Of a DNA stretch of 40,120 nucleotides, positions 38,567-40,120 are shown one piece after another. This stretch comes from an uncultured delta proteobacterium (GTDB taxonomy: Bacteria; Desulfobacterota; Binatia; HRBIN30; BPIQ01), in assembly GCA_963761335.1 (NCBI GenBank), contig CAVXGR010000001.1, forward strand, positions 1-40,120, read 5' to 3'. Positions within the stretch are counted from its first letter, which is position 1. Every line of letters begins with the position of its first letter. The notes below the pieces were generated by a model, which was given only the letters and a program-made list of their open reading frames with translations, made no database searches and was not told the origin of the DNA. A program made the translations under genes and the position numbers.

Positions 38567-40090
38567 TCATTCGATCGCAAACGACGGCGCCAGCGCGCCG
38601 TCTTCGCCGTCGGGCAGCGTGACTCGCAGCGCGCTGCCGGTGTAGGCCCAGTCGATCCTGGCGGTGGACCCAAGCAGGCGAACCGAAGACGGCTCGTAGG
38701 GAAAGTCCTCGATCTCGATAGGCCCTGGGGCGACGCGATCGAGCAGGGTTGCGTAGACCGCGCCGGTCGCCGTCTTGCGAGTGAAGCGAACCGCCGCGCC
38801 GTTCGACGTGGTGCCGTCGAATCGATCCCACGGCCGCGTTTCGTAGATCGCCTCGCCGTTCCTCGCCAGCCACTCGCCGATCGTCCTCAGAATGTTGACC
38901 TGCGGCGCGGGGATCGTGCCGTCCGCCATCGGACCGACGTTGAGCAGCAGGTTGCCGTTCTTGCTGACGATGTCGATCAGCATGTAGACGAAGCTCTCGG
39001 GCGACGGATAGTCCTCGTCCCTCTGGTTGCGGTTGTACGCAAACGAGCTGCCCATTCCGCGCACCGTCTCCCACTTCTCCGGCATGATCTCGTTCGGAAT
39101 GCTGTACTCCGGGGTCGTGAAGTCGTGATGGCGCATCTCGCCGCTGGCCTTGCTCCAGCGATCGTTGATGACGCCGTCGGTGACGGTGTTGTAGTACTCG
39201 GCGAAGAGATGCTCGGCGTCGGCGGCATCGGGATAGCGGATGTCATTCCACAAGATTGCCGGGTGATAGCGTTCGATCAGCTCGCGCCACTGCGCATCGG
39301 CGTACGGGACGTAGTCGGCACCCGGCGGCGTCGAGGTGAGAAAATCGATCGCCGTGGCGATCGGCGGTAGATAGAAGCTCCAGTCGATGCCGCCCGAGTA
39401 GTAGAGCCCCATGCGCATGCACTGGGTTCGCACTGCCGCGGTCAGCTCGCCGACGATGTCGCGCGGCGATTTCCAGCCGGCGCGGTGTGGATTCGCGACC
39501 TCGCTGGGCCAGAGCGTATAGCCGTCGTGATGCTTGGTGACGAGCACGACATAACGGGCGCCGGCTTGGCGGAACAGCTCGGCCCAGTCGTCTGGGTTCC
39601 AGCTCGCGGCGGCCTCCTCGAACAGCGGCTGAAAGTCCTGGTAGGTGAAGTTGGCGCCGTAGGTCTGGCGATGAAACTCCTGCGTCGGGCTGCCCTCGAT
39701 CGCCAAGGTATTCTCGTACCACGCGGCGTACGGGAGGCGCTTGAGAATGTTCTCTGCGTTGGCCAGCAGAAGGGTGATGTCGGAGAAGATCTCTTCCGGC
39801 TTGTAGAACGTGTCCGCCCACGCGGGGACGGAGTACAGGCCCCAGTGGATCATGATGCCGAACTTGGCATCGTCGTACCACCCCGGCAGCGGGCGCCTAT
39901 CGAGGGTCTCCGGCGTCACCGGCTCGGGCAACGGCTCGAACTCGGGCGCTTCGGCTGAGCAGAGCCTTGGGCCTCCTCCGTTTTCCCCACCGCCGTCCGA
40001 GCCGCAGCCCGCGCCGAAGACGGCGAGGGCAAGCACTGCTGCCGAAACGGCAAGACGGCTGAGCCGACGCCTCCAATGGAACGGTCGCAT
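38567..40090 (-). CDS. alpha-L-fucosidase (GH29), probable lipoprotein
   Basis: WYDDAKFGIMIHWGLYSVP, TKHHDGY, LWND, NDRW, SKNGNLLLNVGP; lipobox-like GAGC. Confidence 0.93.
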   Translation of the reverse strand: MRPFHWRRRLSRLAVSAAVLALAVFGAGCGSDGGGENGGGPRLCSAEAPEFEPLPEPVTPETLDRRPLPGWYDDAKFGIMIHWGLYSVPAWADTFYKPEEIFSDITLLLANAENILKRLPYAAWYENTLAIEGSPTQEFHRQTYGANFTYQDFQPLFEEAAASWNPDDWAELFRQAGARYVVLVTKHHDGYTLWPSEVANPHRAGWKSPRDIVGELTAAVRTQCMRMGLYYSGGIDWSFYLPPIATAIDFLTSTPPGADYVPYADAQWRELIERYHPAILWNDIRYPDAADAEHLFAEYYNTVTDGVINDRWSKASGEMRHHDFTTPEYSIPNEIMPEKWETVRGMGSSFAYNRNQRDEDYPSPESFVYMLIDIVSKNGNLLLNVGPMADGTIPAPQVNILRTIGEWLARNGEAIYETRPWDRFDGTTSNGAAVRFTRKTATGAVYATLLDRVAPGPIEIEDFPYEPSSVRLLGSTARIDWAYTGSALRVTLPDGEDGALAPSFAIE

Positions 40091-40120
40091 CACCGGGCCC
40101 CCCATGAATCGGCAACATAG

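Overview
GC-rich bacterial chromosomal window, mostly housekeeping and accessory metabolism. Gene content (tandem DUF507-like pair, dockerin/Pro-Thr-rich secreted protein, WS/DGAT, FIST) suggests a deltaproteobacterial-type organism, possibly Candidatus Binatia; this is inference only. Order: iscS (split by a 1-nt frameshift near 270), iscA-type carrier, hypothetical, sppA, Zn-ribbon membrane protein, PuuD-like membrane protein, cupredoxin-like lipoprotein and RGLX/YetA-like protein (minus), atypical sulfatase, clpS-clpA, FemAB-like GNAT, dockerin + 10x Cys-rich repeat protein, two DUF507-like genes, REPIN-like element, groES-groEL, Zn/Mn ABC transporter, ilvA, WS/DGAT, VOC, FIST, JAB-DinG helicase, SDR, LMW phosphatase, second REPIN-like element, csrA-fliW-HD hydrolase, radA, bioF-bioA-[small ORF]-bioD, GH29 fucosidase. 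No rRNA, tRNA, CRISPR or transposase was recognised. Most intriguing: an orphan csrA-fliW pair with no flagellar genes nearby, followed by a SAMHD1/YwfO-like HD hydrolase whose ribosome-binding site folds into a CsrA-type AGGGAU stem-loop. Also notable are a sigma54-type promoter with a small membrane ORF inside the bio cluster and several intergenic repeat families. All product calls come from motif recognition by eye, without database searches.
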